A stretch of DNA of 64,000 nt from Terriglobia bacterium (lineage in GTDB: Bacteria; Acidobacteriota; Terriglobia; Acidiferrales; UBA7541), in the NCBI GenBank assembly GCA_963695545.1, contig OY968796.1:3360001-3424000 (forward strand). The letters are read 5' to 3'. Of the stretch, positions 28,688-40,047 are shown piece after piece (positions within the stretch are counted from its first letter, which is position 1; each line of letters starts with the position of its first letter). The notes under the pieces are model-generated. The model saw only the letters and a program-made list of their open reading frames with translations, did not search any database and was not told the DNA's origin. A program made the translations under genes and the position numbers.

Positions 28688-29209
28688 TTACGAGTTTCCG
28701 CTGGTCGTGGTTTTGCCGAAGCCGGAGCCGCCGCTGCCGCCGCTGGCGGTGCCGCTGCCGGATGAAGCTTGCGGCGCGGGGCCGGCCGCGCCTCCGCCGA
28801 CAACCGGCGTGGCGGGCGAACCGAAGACGACCGCGGCCGATGGTTGCGAGCCGAGATATTGCGAATAGCCGCGCCAATATAATGTTTGGTTGCCGAGCGA
28901 AACGCGCAGATTGCGCGAGCTGCCCAGAAAATAAACGTGCGGCGCGGCGAAGCCGGGCGTGCTGTCCGACTCGACGAAATAATATATGCCCTTATTCACG
29001 GCGGAATTGTCGGTGATGGCCACGTCGAAAATTCCGTCGGCCGCGACCACGGAGATTCCGCCGATCGGCGCGGGCGCGGTGATGTCGCCCGAAGGATCCA
29101 CGCCCGTCGCGCGGCCGATCGAATTCACGGCGGAGATGACCTGCGTGATGGCTTCGTAGGTGTACGGCGATTCGCTTTTGATGCGCGCGAGTTGTGGGAC
29201 GGTGAGCAT
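28688..29209 (-). CDS. hypothetical phage structural protein
   Basis: In the morphogenesis operon, beta-rich with Gly/Ser tail. Confidence 0.65.
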   Translation of the reverse strand: MLTVPQLARIKSESPYTYEAITQVISAVNSIGRATGVDPSGDITAPAPIGGISVVAADGIFDVAITDNSAVNKGIYYFVESDSTPGFAAPHVYFLGSSRNLRVSLGNQTLYWRGYSQYLGSQPSAAVVFGSPATPVVGGGAAGPAPQASSGSGTASGGSGGSGFGKTTTSGNS

Positions 29210-29240
29210 TTGAATCGAATACGATTTTCGCGAACGTTTG

Positions 29241-30452
29241 TGTCGCCCCTACGGGGCTTAAAACAATTGGAGAAAATATAAAATGGACCGCGTACCCAGG
29301 GCTTACGCCCTGGGCTAAGCTCTGCCGCCCCTACGGGGCTGGTTTTCGTGCGGGCCGCGATTTCGTCACGTGGCGCGACCTCAGCATTGCGCGAAAAAAG
29401 ATGCCGCCCTAAAGGGCGGCGCTACAACGACAAAGTCTACGGCGCAATCACGCGACGTCAACCTTGCGGCAGAAGCAGGGCCAGGGATCGCGGCGCCAGC
29501 CCAGGCGCGCGAGGCGACGGCCGAAGGCGCGCGCGACGGGCGGCGGCAGAAACGCTTGTGCGTCGTCGAGGCCGCGGGCGGCGGCGGCGCGGCGCGTGGC
29601 TTCGTGCATCACCAGAAAACGCTGCCAGCGATCGCGCGGTGTGCCGGCACGCGGATCGTGAAGCAAATATGTTTCGGCGGTCAGGCGCAGGAGCACGCCC
29701 ATGGCCGGCTCGCCGGAATCGTCCTCGAGCACCAATTTTGAAATGAATAGCGGGCTCGTGAGATCGGGAAACGGATAGCCGAAGCCTTGCGCGGCGTGCA
29801 GGCGGCGCAGAGCGTCGAGATCGCGTTCCGTATATTCGCGGATCAACATCTGGGACGAAAGAAGGAAAATTCGACGGACCCGCGTGTGGGGCCGGTGCGA
29901 GGTGGCGCCGGGAGGTGGCGCTCGCCGCGCGATCACAAATCGCTTCGTGATGCAGCCCCGTAGGGGCGGCAGAGCTTAGCCCAGGGCGTAAGCCCTGGGT
30001 GGACAAATCCTCCACACGTTTTTCATCAAATGTTTTTCTTAAGCCCCGTAGGGGCGACACAGTCGTTGAATCAATTGCGGATATCGCGAGCGCTTGTGCC
30101 GCCCCTACGGGGCTAAGACAAAACATTTGGGAATAATCTAATTTGCGAATCGTTCCCAGGGCTTACGCCCTGGGCTAAGCTCTTTCGCCCCTACGGGGCT
30201 GGTTTTCGAGTGCGCGGCGATTTCGTCCCGTGGCGCGATTGTCGCGGGCACGGTTTGCGTAGCACAGCCATTCCTGGCTGTGCGATTTTGGGTTTTCTAC
30301 ACGCGGCGCAAAAAAGCAAAGGCGCACAGGCAGGAATGCCTGTGCTACGAAAAGACGATGGCGCGCCCCGCTACACGAGGCAGAACATTCAGCACGCCCG
30401 CGCGCGGCAAACACCGAGAGATCCCTCGTCGAGGACTCCTCGGGATGACGGC
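29241..30452. repeat. REP clusters flanking the GNAT-like gene (families A, B and others)
   Basis: Family B at 29241-29341, 29953-30061 and 30099-30202. GTAGCACAGCC/CTGTGCTAC pair at ~30258-30348. Confidence 0.8.
29448..29849 (-). CDS. GNAT-like phage protein
   Basis: MLIREYTERDL N-terminus and FGRRLARLGW C-terminus. Position after the nozzle gene as in many podoviruses. Confidence 0.6.
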   Translation of the reverse strand: MLIREYTERDLDALRRLHAAQGFGYPFPDLTSPLFISKLVLEDDSGEPAMGVLLRLTAETYLLHDPRAGTPRDRWQRFLVMHEATRRAAAARGLDDAQAFLPPPVARAFGRRLARLGWRRDPWPCFCRKVDVA

Positions 30453-30466
30453 GCTTGGTCGCGCCG

Positions 30467-33382
30467 TCAATTCACGCCGCGGACGATGGACCATGGGTCG
30501 GGCATCAGGCTGGGGATGAAGCGCTCCATCTCGAACCAGGAGCCGGCGGAATTTGTGCCGAACTGGAAGGCGACGCGCTCGGCGAGAACGTTGATCGGCA
30601 ATTCCAGATCGTGCGGCGAGTGCGAGGCGAGCGTTAGCGCGGGCAGCGACGCGGCGTAGGCTTCGCTATCGGCGAACGCGCTTAAATTCAACGTGCCGGT
30701 GCCTTGGGCGTAGAGCGTGAGATACGAAAACAATTTTCGGTGCGCGCGCACGTCGAATTGCTGCTCGAGGTCGTGGCTCAGAAAGAAAAATGTGGTGTAG
30801 TAGGCGTCGATCGCGGCGCCGTCGTCGGAATATTGCGTGTCGAGCATTTGATAGATTTTGCCGTTGCCCACGCCGTTGCCCAAAAACAATTGCGCGGTGC
30901 CGTTTGCGCGTTCGGCGAGCGTGGCGCAATTCGCCACGATGCTCCACGGGCACCAGCGGCGCGAGCGGCCGGCGGAAAACAATTTTCCGCTGATGGTAGA
31001 AAAGTGATACGGGCCGAGGCCGGCGATTTCGCTCGAAGAAAAGCAGCTGCGGTAATCGAGCATCAGCACGATCGAAGGCGTGGTCGCGGTGCCCAGCGGA
31101 ACGCCGCACAGAATGCGGCGATTGGTGGTGTCCACGCGGACCCACAGCGTGTTGCCCGCGGCCCAATTGATCTGGTCCCACAGCGGCTGAATTTCCTGCG
31201 AGATTTTCACCGGCTCGCCGCCATCATATATATAGAGGCCCTGGCGCGCGGCGATCACAGCCCAATCTTCGCCGATGTCCACGCCATTCACGGAGGGCGT
31301 GCCGACGGTGCGCGAAATTTCGGTCACGCTCCACGAAGCCGGCTCGCTGCCACTGGAATCCTGCGTGGAATAAAGTTCGTGGTCCTTCGCGAAATATAAA
31401 ATTCCGCGCAACTCGAACGCGGCGCGCACGGCTTGCCCATCGCCTTCCGCGATTTCGAGCAGGCCGGTGACGCCGTCGTAGCTTTCCGGGCTGCCGGCGG
31501 TCGAAGCGCGCACCACGCTGGTGTTGTACGGCTCGGCGGTGGGGAAAATCTCGATGTTGTCCACGCCGAATCCGCCGCCGACGCTCGGCGTGCCGTCGGC
31601 ATCAACGCGCAGCACGAGATCGGACGGAATGGTGGCGATCGCGGGCGTTAGCGGCGCGATAAATTCCTGCCACGCGGAGGTGGCTTGCGCGGCGGTGACT
31701 TCGATGCCGGTGGTGTTGATTCCGGCCGACGCGCTGTAAAGATGAATGTGCAGCGTGCCCTGCGTCGCAGGCGGCGAACCGACGGCGCGCACGCGCGCGC
31801 GCACGGAGTACGCGGTCTGCACGGCGATGCGCGTGACGCCGAGATAGTCCGCGACCGCGCTTTGCGTGATCAGGCCGCGCGTGGCGGTCGTGCCGTCGCC
31901 GAGAATATCGTACGCGCCGCCCCACACGCCGTTATCGCGCTGGCCGCCGGTGAAAAATGTGGCGTCGGGCGTCCAGCCGAGCGGCACGCCGCTGGTGGGA
32001 TCGAAGCCGCCATCGAACGAAAGATTTTGCCAGTTCGGCAGCTTGTTGCGCTCGCCCCACCAAAACATGCGGTCGGAATAGGCGATGCCGCCGGCGCATT
32101 CGCCGAGCTCGACGAGATTGAAAAGCGGATCGGCGAGCGTGCCGGCGAGCACATCGGAATCGGAAAAATCGACGAACCACGTGGTGGTGACCGTGTCGTT
32201 GATTTGCATCCGCGGCGAGCCTTCATCGCCGGTGGTGTAATAAAACGACGCGCCGCCGGACGCGGTGAACATCAAAACGCGCGCCACGATGTTCACGAGA
32301 TTCAGCGGCAGCGGAATTCCGGTGACTTGCGCGCGGCAATTTCCTATCGAGGTCCAGGAGATCGGCGGCGAGGGCTGCGTGATGTATCCCTGTCGCGTGA
32401 GGAACGCGACGGCCACTTGATGCGCGCCCGCGGCGATCGAGCCGAGCGGATTTGCGGTGCCCGCGTAGCCGGATTCGTTGGCGCCGGCTTGCGCGAAAGT
32501 GAATTGCGTGCCGCTGGTGATGGACGCCACGGCGAATGTGCCGTTCAAATCCGATGGCGCGCCGGCGGTGCCGCTGGCGCCGGCTTCGTCGGCGCCGATT
32601 TGCACCCAGGTGAAAATCGTGTTCGTGGAATCGACGGTGGCCACGGTGTACGAGCCATTGAAATCGGTGGTGCCGCCGGTGACGCCGGCGATCAGAATTT
32701 GCGCGCCGACGGCGATCATCAGCGCCGCGGCGGTGTTCGCCGTGACCACGTCGTCGGAGCGCTGAATCGTGGAAAGCGCGACGGGCGCGGCGACGGTGAC
32801 ATTGGAAATTACAATTTGATCGCTGCTATCGAGATTGTGCGGCGTGGCGGTGTTCACGGTGACCACGTTCGAGGTGCGCACGATGCTCGAAATATTCGCG
32901 ATCACATCCGCCACGGCCGCGGGCCCCGAGCCGGGACCGACTTGGCTGACGCGATCGAAATACGTGCCGTCATACTGGCGCGGCAGATCGAGGCCGAATT
33001 GGCCATCTCCGAACGCGAGATATTCGCGGCCGAACAATGTGGTGGACGCGGCGCGCGCGCCGGCCACGATGCCCGACGCAATTTCCGTGAGCACGCCGGG
33101 CGCGGAAGAAAATTCTCCCCAGAGCGTGCCGCTTGAATCGAGCGCGAGCAGCGTCTCCGCGAGATTTTGCTGAATGTACGTTTTGAGATAATTCACCGTG
33201 GGATTGCCGGCGATCGGCGTGTACACGGATTGCAGGCCGGGCCGCGTGCGGACGGCGCCGTTCAAGAACGCGACGTCCTGGCAATCCGGCGAGCAGCCGA
33301 ACGGGAGATCGGGCGCAGCCATGTCGGTGACCAGGCCGCCGAAAAGATCGAGAGGAACGTCGGTTGCGCCGGCGATGCTCAT
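30467..33382 (-). CDS. tail nozzle / DNA-stabilisation protein (P22 gp10 / tubular protein B-like), 971 aa
   Basis: FGGL.TD..P..SP.C.DV.F..G.V.TRPG N-terminus, propeller-like repeats (PVKISQEIQPLW), synteny downstream of the adaptor. Confidence 0.7.
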   Translation of the reverse strand: MSIAGATDVPLDLFGGLVTDMAAPDLPFGCSPDCQDVAFLNGAVRTRPGLQSVYTPIAGNPTVNYLKTYIQQNLAETLLALDSSGTLWGEFSSAPGVLTEIASGIVAGARAASTTLFGREYLAFGDGQFGLDLPRQYDGTYFDRVSQVGPGSGPAAVADVIANISSIVRTSNVVTVNTATPHNLDSSDQIVISNVTVAAPVALSTIQRSDDVVTANTAAALMIAVGAQILIAGVTGGTTDFNGSYTVATVDSTNTIFTWVQIGADEAGASGTAGAPSDLNGTFAVASITSGTQFTFAQAGANESGYAGTANPLGSIAAGAHQVAVAFLTRQGYITQPSPPISWTSIGNCRAQVTGIPLPLNLVNIVARVLMFTASGGASFYYTTGDEGSPRMQINDTVTTTWFVDFSDSDVLAGTLADPLFNLVELGECAGGIAYSDRMFWWGERNKLPNWQNLSFDGGFDPTSGVPLGWTPDATFFTGGQRDNGVWGGAYDILGDGTTATRGLITQSAVADYLGVTRIAVQTAYSVRARVRAVGSPPATQGTLHIHLYSASAGINTTGIEVTAAQATSAWQEFIAPLTPAIATIPSDLVLRVDADGTPSVGGGFGVDNIEIFPTAEPYNTSVVRASTAGSPESYDGVTGLLEIAEGDGQAVRAAFELRGILYFAKDHELYSTQDSSGSEPASWSVTEISRTVGTPSVNGVDIGEDWAVIAARQGLYIYDGGEPVKISQEIQPLWDQINWAAGNTLWVRVDTTNRRILCGVPLGTATTPSIVLMLDYRSCFSSSEIAGLGPYHFSTISGKLFSAGRSRRWCPWSIVANCATLAERANGTAQLFLGNGVGNGKIYQMLDTQYSDDGAAIDAYYTTFFFLSHDLEQQFDVRAHRKLFSYLTLYAQGTGTLNLSAFADSEAYAASLPALTLASHSPHDLELPINVLAERVAFQFGTNSAGSWFEMERFIPSLMPDPWSIVRGVN

Positions 33383-33412
33383 CGTGTTGGGTTCCTCTGC
33401 GCGATGCGCGGA

Positions 33413-33751
33413 TTACAGCAATTTGCGGAACGCGGCCTCGAACTGGATGTTGGCGTCGCCGGAGATGCGCGTGGGATACGTGCCGGCGGCGAGCTCGGTG
33501 GCGGACGCGGTGCTGATTTTCACTTTGCCGTTGTTGAGCGCGGTGCCGGGAATCCACGCGTAGAGATCGGCCGAGGTGCCGCCGGCCCAGAGCTGCGTGG
33601 GCGGGAGGCTCGCGCCGATTTGCGACGCGACGGTGGTGAAATCGAGCGTGTCGCCGCCGGTGGAATAGCTGCCCGACGGCGTGAGCTTGCCGAAAACGTA
33701 GATGTTGCCCGTGCCGGTGTCCACATCGGTGATGGTGATTGCGAGTGCCAT
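33413..33751 (-). CDS. hypothetical phage structural protein (possible capsid decoration)
   Basis: GAGGAG RBS, SYSTGGDTL and TELAAGTY motifs. Confidence 0.65.
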   Translation of the reverse strand: MALAITITDVDTGTGNIYVFGKLTPSGSYSTGGDTLDFTTVASQIGASLPPTQLWAGGTSADLYAWIPGTALNNGKVKISTASATELAAGTYPTRISGDANIQFEAAFRKLL

Positions 33752-33934
33752 GAGATCTCCTCTCGTTTCTCGTTGCGAAGATTGCGATGGTTGCGGCGAT
33801 GTGGTTTTTGAATTACGTAGCGGAGGCCTACAGGCCTCCAGCCTTTGCCGCACAAAATCAAAAGCCAGATGGAGGCCTAAAGGCCTCCGCTACAAAACCA
33901 TTTCGGTTCGCGCGTCCTTCTTCAATCGCGCGCG

Positions 33935-34660
33935 CTAAACAATCGGGCCGTAGGTGGCGCGCCAGGAATAGGGGCGGCGGCGGCGGACCGATTGCTGCTC
34001 GCGCAGGACGGCGCGGGAGACCAAATCTTCGAGCGCGTCGGAGCCGGCGTCGTCCCAGCGCTCGGAAAGCGGTGAACCGCGCGCGGCGGAAGCGAGCGCG
34101 GCGGTGAAATACGCGATGGCTTCTTGCGCGTTGCGAATCAGCACAGGGCTGGTGGAATCCGTGAGATCGGGCAGCGAGGCCTGATAGCGCAGGCGAATCT
34201 GCGTGTCTTGCGTGGCGCCGAGGAACCAGAGGCCGTCGGTGCGCCATTCCCAGAAGCCGAGCGCGGCTCCCTGCTCTTGCGAGGGCAGGCCGCCGTGATC
34301 GGTGAGGTCGATCATCTCGGCGAAATCGTCAGTGGAAAGATTCGGGCGCTCCCACAATTTTTACGGCACGAGCAAATTGAACGGCAATTGATTCGGCGGC
34401 GCGGTGGCGTCGGTGATGGAAACCTGCAACGAGGGATCCACGGCGCTGACGGCCGGGACGACGAGCAGCACATCGTCGGTGATGAAGGAGGCCGAGCCGA
34501 TGTTCGCGAGCGCGCGCTGCACTTTGCGATATGCGGCGTTGGCGTAGGGCATCAGCACCGTGTCGGTGAAAAGATTGCCCGCGGCGTCGTTCAAGAGCGA
34601 ACGCACGAGGCTGGTGATGGTTCCCGCGGTGTTGTAAGCGCTGGTGGCGACGACCGGCAT
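33935..34660 (-). pseudogene. head-tail adaptor (tubular protein A / gp4-like) with in-frame TAA at 34361-34363
   Basis: ORFs 34361..34660 and 33935..34357 share a frame: LLVP*KLWERP. ITSLVRSLLND..L..YAN.A is adaptor-like. Confidence 0.7.
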
Positions 34661-34845
34661 GATGTGCTCCTTCTATGCGCGCGTGGCGGAATCGATGGGT
34701 GTGCGGCGGAAATTCAAATGCCGAGCGAACGATCGAATTTGAATTTGTAGCGCCGGCCTTCAGGCCGGCATCGCGCTTACGGTGGAATTGAAAATGCCGG
34801 CCTAAAGGCCGGCGCTACATAAAACAAAACCGCGTGTGCGCGCGA

Positions 34846-35025
34846 TCATTCCCCGCGCAATTTTCGGCCGATGTAGACGGCGGCGGCGCCGCCGACGAGG
34901 CATGCGGCGATGGCGTAGTGATGGATGCTCAGAACTCCTCCGGCGATGAAGGCGGCGAAGCCGGCGATTTCGACGATCTCGCCGATTTTTGCTAGTTCCG
35001 TGGTTGCGGGCGTGATTGCGGTCAT
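34846..35025 (-). CDS. small 2-TM membrane protein
   Basis: AGGAG RBS, 59 aa, two hydrophobic helices. Confidence 0.6.
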   Translation of the reverse strand: MTAITPATTELAKIGEIVEIAGFAAFIAGGVLSIHHYAIAACLVGGAAAVYIGRKLRGE

Positions 35026-35089
35026 GTTGTTCTCCTGTGATGCGGATTCCGAAATAAAATGTGTCGTGGCGCGCGGCGCTCGGCGCGCG

Positions 35090-35368
35090 TTACACCTGCT
35101 GTTCGCGGTCGGGGCCGGGCATGTCCCAGATGACGGGCTCATCTTCTTCGGCGGCGGGCGTGGCGGGTTCAACGCGCGCTTTGCCGAAACCGAATTCGAT
35201 CAGTTTTTCCCACACGCGGGCTTTCACGCTCGAACCTTTCTTGCCGTCGCTCGAGAGCAATTCGCACGCCATGTCCACCGGGTTGTGGCGCTTGAAGACC
35301 GCGCGGGCGAGCTCGCGTTGTGTCCGCGGCGGGCGAGCGCGCGTGCGAGATTTTGTTTGCTTGGGCAT
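35090..35368 (-). CDS. hypothetical protein (possible terminase small subunit-like)
   Basis: Basic N-terminus, helical core, C-terminal IWDMPGPDRE strand. Confidence 0.5.
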   Translation of the reverse strand: MPKQTKSRTRARPPRTQRELARAVFKRHNPVDMACELLSSDGKKGSSVKARVWEKLIEFGFGKARVEPATPAAEEDEPVIWDMPGPDREQQV

Positions 35369-35634
35369 GTGCGTTGCGAGATCAAAGGCGTGACGCCCCT
35401 GCCGGGGCTTGCGCGAGAGACAAAACAACAATTGAGAAAAATATATTAATCGCGATCGTACCCAGGGCTTACGCCCTGGGCTAAAATGTGCCGCCCCTAC
35501 GGGGCTGATTTTTGAGTGCGCCGCGATTCCGGCCTGGAGCTGGCGACGCCGAGATCGCCGCGCAACAGCAAGGTGGAGGCCTGAAGGCCTCCGCTACATA
35601 AATCCGAAGCGATCGTGCATTGGTAGGGGCGCGG

Positions 35635-36387
35635 CTATCGATGCGGGCGCGCGGGGGCGGCGGGCGTTGCGGACGGCGCGACCGATGCTGCGGCCGCGGC
35701 CGGAGACGCCATCGGCGCGGCGGATCCGGCGGGCGAATCGCGCAGCAGGCCGAGCGATTGGGCTTTTTCGCGATCGAGGATTGCGCCGCAGGATTTGCAG
35801 ACGGCTACGCCGGGTTTCACGCGTTCGCCGCAGCCGGGACAATCGGAAGTTTCGTGGAGCTGATAATTCCATTCGCGCTCGAGGCCGAGTTCGCGCGCGG
35901 CGCGGCGCTGCAAATCGTCGAGGAAGAGATGCGAATGCGAGCGCGCCCATTCGCGATCGGCTTCGGCGACTTTGCGGCGATAGAACGCGTTCAAGCGGCG
36001 GCGCGCGTCGGCGATTTCTTCGGGCGTGGGCGCATCGCCGGCGCAGACGAACGCGCCGAGAAAAGAATCCTCGCCGGCGTCGCCATTGATTTCGCGGCAG
36101 AGATCGGCGGCGATGTCGCGCGCGGAAATGTTTACGTCGAGCGTGCGCTTATCGCCGAGATCGATCACGGCTTTGCGCGGCGTGACGCGCGTCAGCGAAC
36201 ACGGCGGCCACGCGGCGCTCGCATGGTTCGCGGCGTCGTGCGCAGTGTCGCCCGAAGTGGAGGCCTGAAGGCCTCCGCTACGAAGTTCAACGCCCTCGGA
36301 CGGCGGAATGAAAAACGCGCCGTAGTTGCGGTGCAAATTCCAGCTCTGCGCGGTGAGATTTGCGATCACGGCTGTTTCTTCGGACAT
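35635..36387 (-). CDS. hypothetical phage protein with C-terminal zinc ribbon
   Basis: AAGGAG RBS, CPGC-x10-CKSC. Contains an in-frame REP. Confidence 0.75.
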   Translation of the reverse strand: MSEETAVIANLTAQSWNLHRNYGAFFIPPSEGVELRSGGLQASTSGDTAHDAANHASAAWPPCSLTRVTPRKAVIDLGDKRTLDVNISARDIAADLCREINGDAGEDSFLGAFVCAGDAPTPEEIADARRRLNAFYRRKVAEADREWARSHSHLFLDDLQRRAARELGLEREWNYQLHETSDCPGCGERVKPGVAVCKSCGAILDREKAQSLGLLRDSPAGSAAPMASPAAAAASVAPSATPAAPARPHR

Positions 36388-36480
36388 GCGGCGATTCTCC
36401 TTGATTCTGACAGTGCCATCTTGAACCATTGGTTAACGCGGATATTGTCGAGCGTCGCGCCCGGTGCTACATTTGCGGCA

Positions 36481-37059
36481 ATGCGATACGCCGCCGTTTC
36501 GGTCCTGATTCTTTGCGCGCTAGGCGCGCAAGCCGTGCCGCAGGCTTCATCGCCCGTTCAGCCCGCGAAGGCGCAGCGAAAAATCCCATGCAAGACGCCG
36601 GAGAACGCTTCCGAGTGCTACTGGACGCGCGGCAGACTCTCGTTCTACGCTGACAACAGTCCTTGCGAAATCTGGAAGATCGGCACACATCGGATGCTCG
36701 CGGTTTATAACGGGCCTTCGCATTTTCCGCCGCGGACGGACGCTGACAGGACTGACCCGGAGTTTCCAGCGAGTCTCGATAAGGTCTATGACGATTACGA
36801 GCGGCGCAACGGGGTTCAGGATTTTCCGCCGTCCGCGTTTGCAGATTTCGAGGTATGCCCTCTCGATCCGGAGCGGAAGGGTGAGATGCAGGCCGTGTGT
36901 ATCGAATCCGCAAAGAACATTTTCTTGAATACCGCCCACTGGCGCGCTCGATGCCGACTCACTGCTTCTTGTCGGGAAAGTATGTATTCACCCAGGCTGT
37001 CCGGGATGACACGCTCCTGGTCGGAAATGAATTTTGATAGGGGCCGGACTGCGTGCTGA
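36481..37059 (+). CDS. hypothetical exported protein (cargo, antisense to operon)
   Basis: Signal peptide MRYAAVSVLILCALGAQA and Cys-containing globular domain. Confidence 0.65.
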   Translation: MRYAAVSVLILCALGAQAVPQASSPVQPAKAQRKIPCKTPENASECYWTRGRLSFYADNSPCEIWKIGTHRMLAVYNGPSHFPPRTDADRTDPEFPASLDKVYDDYERRNGVQDFPPSAFADFEVCPLDPERKGEMQAVCIESAKNIFLNTAHWRARCRLTASCRESMYSPRLSGMTRSWSEMNFDRGRTAC

Positions 37060-37299
37060 TCTGGGCGCCTGAGGCTTGGCGACGCCGAGCGCCCGGCCCC
37101 CGAAGGACTCCGACGAGTTTTGCCCATCGTTCGGCATGAATCATCGCTCCCGAAGAAGCGGACGAGAAACGAACGTGAAACGGAAGCGTTCAGGCCTCCA
37201 CCGATTTCGCGTAACGGCAAGTGGGATGCCGATAACCTCCGCAATACGGGGCGATGGTGATAATCTGGCACGGGGTACCATCCGTCCGAGTGGAGCAGC

Positions 37300-37614
37300 T
37301 TGGTGCGCAAGGCTCTGCACGAACTGCGCAAGTATTTGTTGCCGGCAGGTTTCGCCCTCTCGCTGGCGTCAATCCCGCTTCTTATTTATTGGTTCTACCA
37401 GCACGCGTCCACCTCGCAAGGCGTTCCCATGTTCGATGTCCAAATGCCGGACTTAACGACGGCGCTGGGCTTCGGGCTTTCCATAGTTGGACTGGTGATT
37501 ACGATTGCGGCCACAGTGTTTTCCCGGCGTCACCGCTCGATGCACGCGATCGCGCTTCTTTGCTCGGGACTGTGCTTTTTAGTTTGGTTTCTTGTGGCGA
37601 TTCTCAACAGCTGA
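37300..37614 (+). CDS. hypothetical 3-TM protein (cargo)
   Basis: Three hydrophobic segments, GGAG upstream. Confidence 0.55.
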   Translation: MVRKALHELRKYLLPAGFALSLASIPLLIYWFYQHASTSQGVPMFDVQMPDLTTALGFGLSIVGLVITIAATVFSRRHRSMHAIALLCSGLCFLVWFLVAILNS

Positions 37615-38200
37615 CGCTCACAAACGGCGCGCCGTGGAATGCGCGGCCGGTGTCCGAGAGCAGGGCGTCGGCGAAGGAATCGTAATCGCGATCTTCGCGG
37701 GCGTCGCGGCGATCGAGCGCGGCGCGGCGCTCGCCGGCGCGCAAGCCGCGGCTCCATTCGATGGCGCGGGCGACGTGCGCGAGCGCCGCGGGCGTTAGCG
37801 GAATGAAATCTCCGCGCGGAGATTCGAGCGTCAGGCAATGCTCGTATTCGCCGCGCGAAGGATAGGGGCCGAGCGCGGGAATCGCGCGCGCGCCTTCGAT
37901 TTCGATCGTGTTGCGCTGCCAATCGCGCGGAGAGCCGTAAAATTCCGGCGGCGCCCAGCGCTCGATGTGCCAGCGATCGACGGCGGGATATTTCGGTTCG
38001 CGGCGCAGCTCGACGCATTCGCGAATCAGCGTGCCGGCGGCGTCGCGGTCCTCGAATCTGCCGCCGACCCACGCGAGGCGATTCCATCCCCACACCGCGC
38101 GGTAATTTGGTTCTCCGAAACGATTGATGCCGCCGGCGGCGCGCAACACGCGCGCGGCCCACGGCGGCGTTTCGTGCGTTTCGCGCGTGACGCGGATCAT
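37604..38200 (-). CDS. conserved-looking phage protein downstream of capsid
   Basis: GG.NRFGEPNYR.VWG, RWHIERW.PPE, LGPYPSRGEYE. Confidence 0.7.
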   Translation of the reverse strand: MIRVTRETHETPPWAARVLRAAGGINRFGEPNYRAVWGWNRLAWVGGRFEDRDAAGTLIRECVELRREPKYPAVDRWHIERWAPPEFYGSPRDWQRNTIEIEGARAIPALGPYPSRGEYEHCLTLESPRGDFIPLTPAALAHVARAIEWSRGLRAGERRAALDRRDAREDRDYDSFADALLSDTGRAFHGAPFVSVSC

Positions 38201-38413
38201 GGGGTGGTGTTTTGGTTTGTCGTGTTTGAATAATGTAGCGGAGGCCTTTAGACCTCCAGGGTTTTTCGCGCAAAAGAAAGATGGAGGCCTAAAGGCCTCC
38301 GCTGCATAGATCGGGCGCGATCGGGCGTTGCGACGATCGCCGTGCAGGAACCCCACACGCAAATGCGGCGTGTGGGGCACCCGGGAAAAATCCACCAGAA
38401 AACCAACGGCGCG

Positions 38414-39685
38414 CTAGTAGCCGCTGGGGCGGGCCAGCGTGTCGATGTAGGCGCCGCTGCGCGGAGAATCGGCGAAGAGCTGGAAGCCGGTGTCGAAGTA
38501 GAAGATGAACGCGGCGGAAACGCCGCCGGACGCGCCGTAAATCGGGAACACGGTTTGTCCGCCGACCTCGAAGAAGTCGATGTCCTTCATGACGGCGCGG
38601 CCCCAGTGCGAAAGATCGAGAAAATCGATGCGCGTCTGGTTGGCGTTGATCGAGCTCTTGATCGGCACGCCGGACATGGTCTTGCGTCCGGTGAAAAGCA
38701 GATCGAGATCGCTGGCGCGGCCGCCGCTTCCGCCTTCCTTGATCACCTGGCTGATGGTGATGCCGAGATTCTCCCAGGCATGTTCCTGTTCGACGGAAGT
38801 GTAGGCGATGAGCTTGCCGAGCTGCGCGATGCCCAACGCTTTGCGCACTTTGTTGATCGCCAGACGAACATAGCCGGGCACGAGCGCGGAATTGCCGGCG
38901 TTCACGCGTGGCGTGGCGAGTTGCTGCGGATACGTGGCGCGATTCAGATTCAGCCACGTGCCGGTGGTCGCGTTGTTCTGATGATACGGCACGCCGTAGA
39001 GCGAAACCGGCTGCGCGCCGGAAAGGCCGTCGTGCACGATCACGTCGTTCGCGGTGGTGCCGGTGGGCACGTTGTCGACCACGATGGTTTGCGTGGTGAT
39101 CGGATCGGCTTCGAGCACGGTGGTGGTGACGTTCGCGGCGATGTTGCGATTCGTGGTCAGCGTGGGATCGTAGATCTGAATCACCTGGCCGACGTACACG
39201 AGCGCCGCGCCGGGCGGCACGTTCATGGTGAACGTGGAGCCGGAGAGCGAACCGATCGTGCCGAGCACACCGTTGCCGGCGGTCTGAATCACTTTGTCGA
39301 GGAACGCGCGGAATTGTTTCATTCCGTTGGCGACCTCGCGCTTCACCGCGTTCTCGATGGCTTTTTCCTTGTTGTTCGTGGCGTACTCGACCAGCTTCGA
39401 GATTTCCACCGCGAACCGGAAAAATACCGGCGAGATTTGCGCCACGTCGTAGGTGGTGCCCGAACCGCGGCCCAGATCGCCGCCGTCCGGATTGTAAGCG
39501 CCCGCCGCGCCGCCGGGATTCACTTGCAACGGAATCCGCATGTTGCGCGAGCTGACGCGTTCGACGTCACCGCGCGCCTGGATCATGGTGAGTAGGACGT
39601 CGTCGCGCTCGTAAAGCAGCGGCACTTTGTCCCGCACCTTTTCCAGTTGGATTGCTATGGTCTGCGCATTCTGCATTTGAGCCAT
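38414..39685 (-). CDS. major capsid protein
   Basis: GAGGTG RBS, 423 aa, position downstream of portal, HK97-like alpha/beta pattern with an insertion domain. Confidence 0.75.
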   Translation of the reverse strand: MAQMQNAQTIAIQLEKVRDKVPLLYERDDVLLTMIQARGDVERVSSRNMRIPLQVNPGGAAGAYNPDGGDLGRGSGTTYDVAQISPVFFRFAVEISKLVEYATNNKEKAIENAVKREVANGMKQFRAFLDKVIQTAGNGVLGTIGSLSGSTFTMNVPPGAALVYVGQVIQIYDPTLTTNRNIAANVTTTVLEADPITTQTIVVDNVPTGTTANDVIVHDGLSGAQPVSLYGVPYHQNNATTGTWLNLNRATYPQQLATPRVNAGNSALVPGYVRLAINKVRKALGIAQLGKLIAYTSVEQEHAWENLGITISQVIKEGGSGGRASDLDLLFTGRKTMSGVPIKSSINANQTRIDFLDLSHWGRAVMKDIDFFEVGGQTVFPIYGASGGVSAAFIFYFDTGFQLFADSPRSGAYIDTLARPSGY

Positions 39686-40047
39686 GATTCACCTCGCCTC
39701 GTTTTTATTTTTGGATTGAAAGATACGCAGCCCCCGAGGCCGCGGTGGAAATGGAAAGTCGTGATTAGCTAAGTCGAACGGAAAATTAAAAACCCCGCCC
39801 GTGTCCGCCGCGGCGGGCACGAATGGGGCGCCGAGAAATCAAGAGCTACGAACGCGGTGCTATTTCGAGGAAGGCGGGGACTTCCAATTGGGATCCCATT
39901 CGGGATGAGGATTCGTAATGGAATCGCACAGCGCTGCAGGGCGATGGACGCTGCTGACGGCGACGATCTCGACCGGAGCCGCTCTCAGCTTGGCCAGCCT
40001 ATTTAGGTGACCAGCCCGAGTTTTTGTACCACGGTGAATGAGAGAGT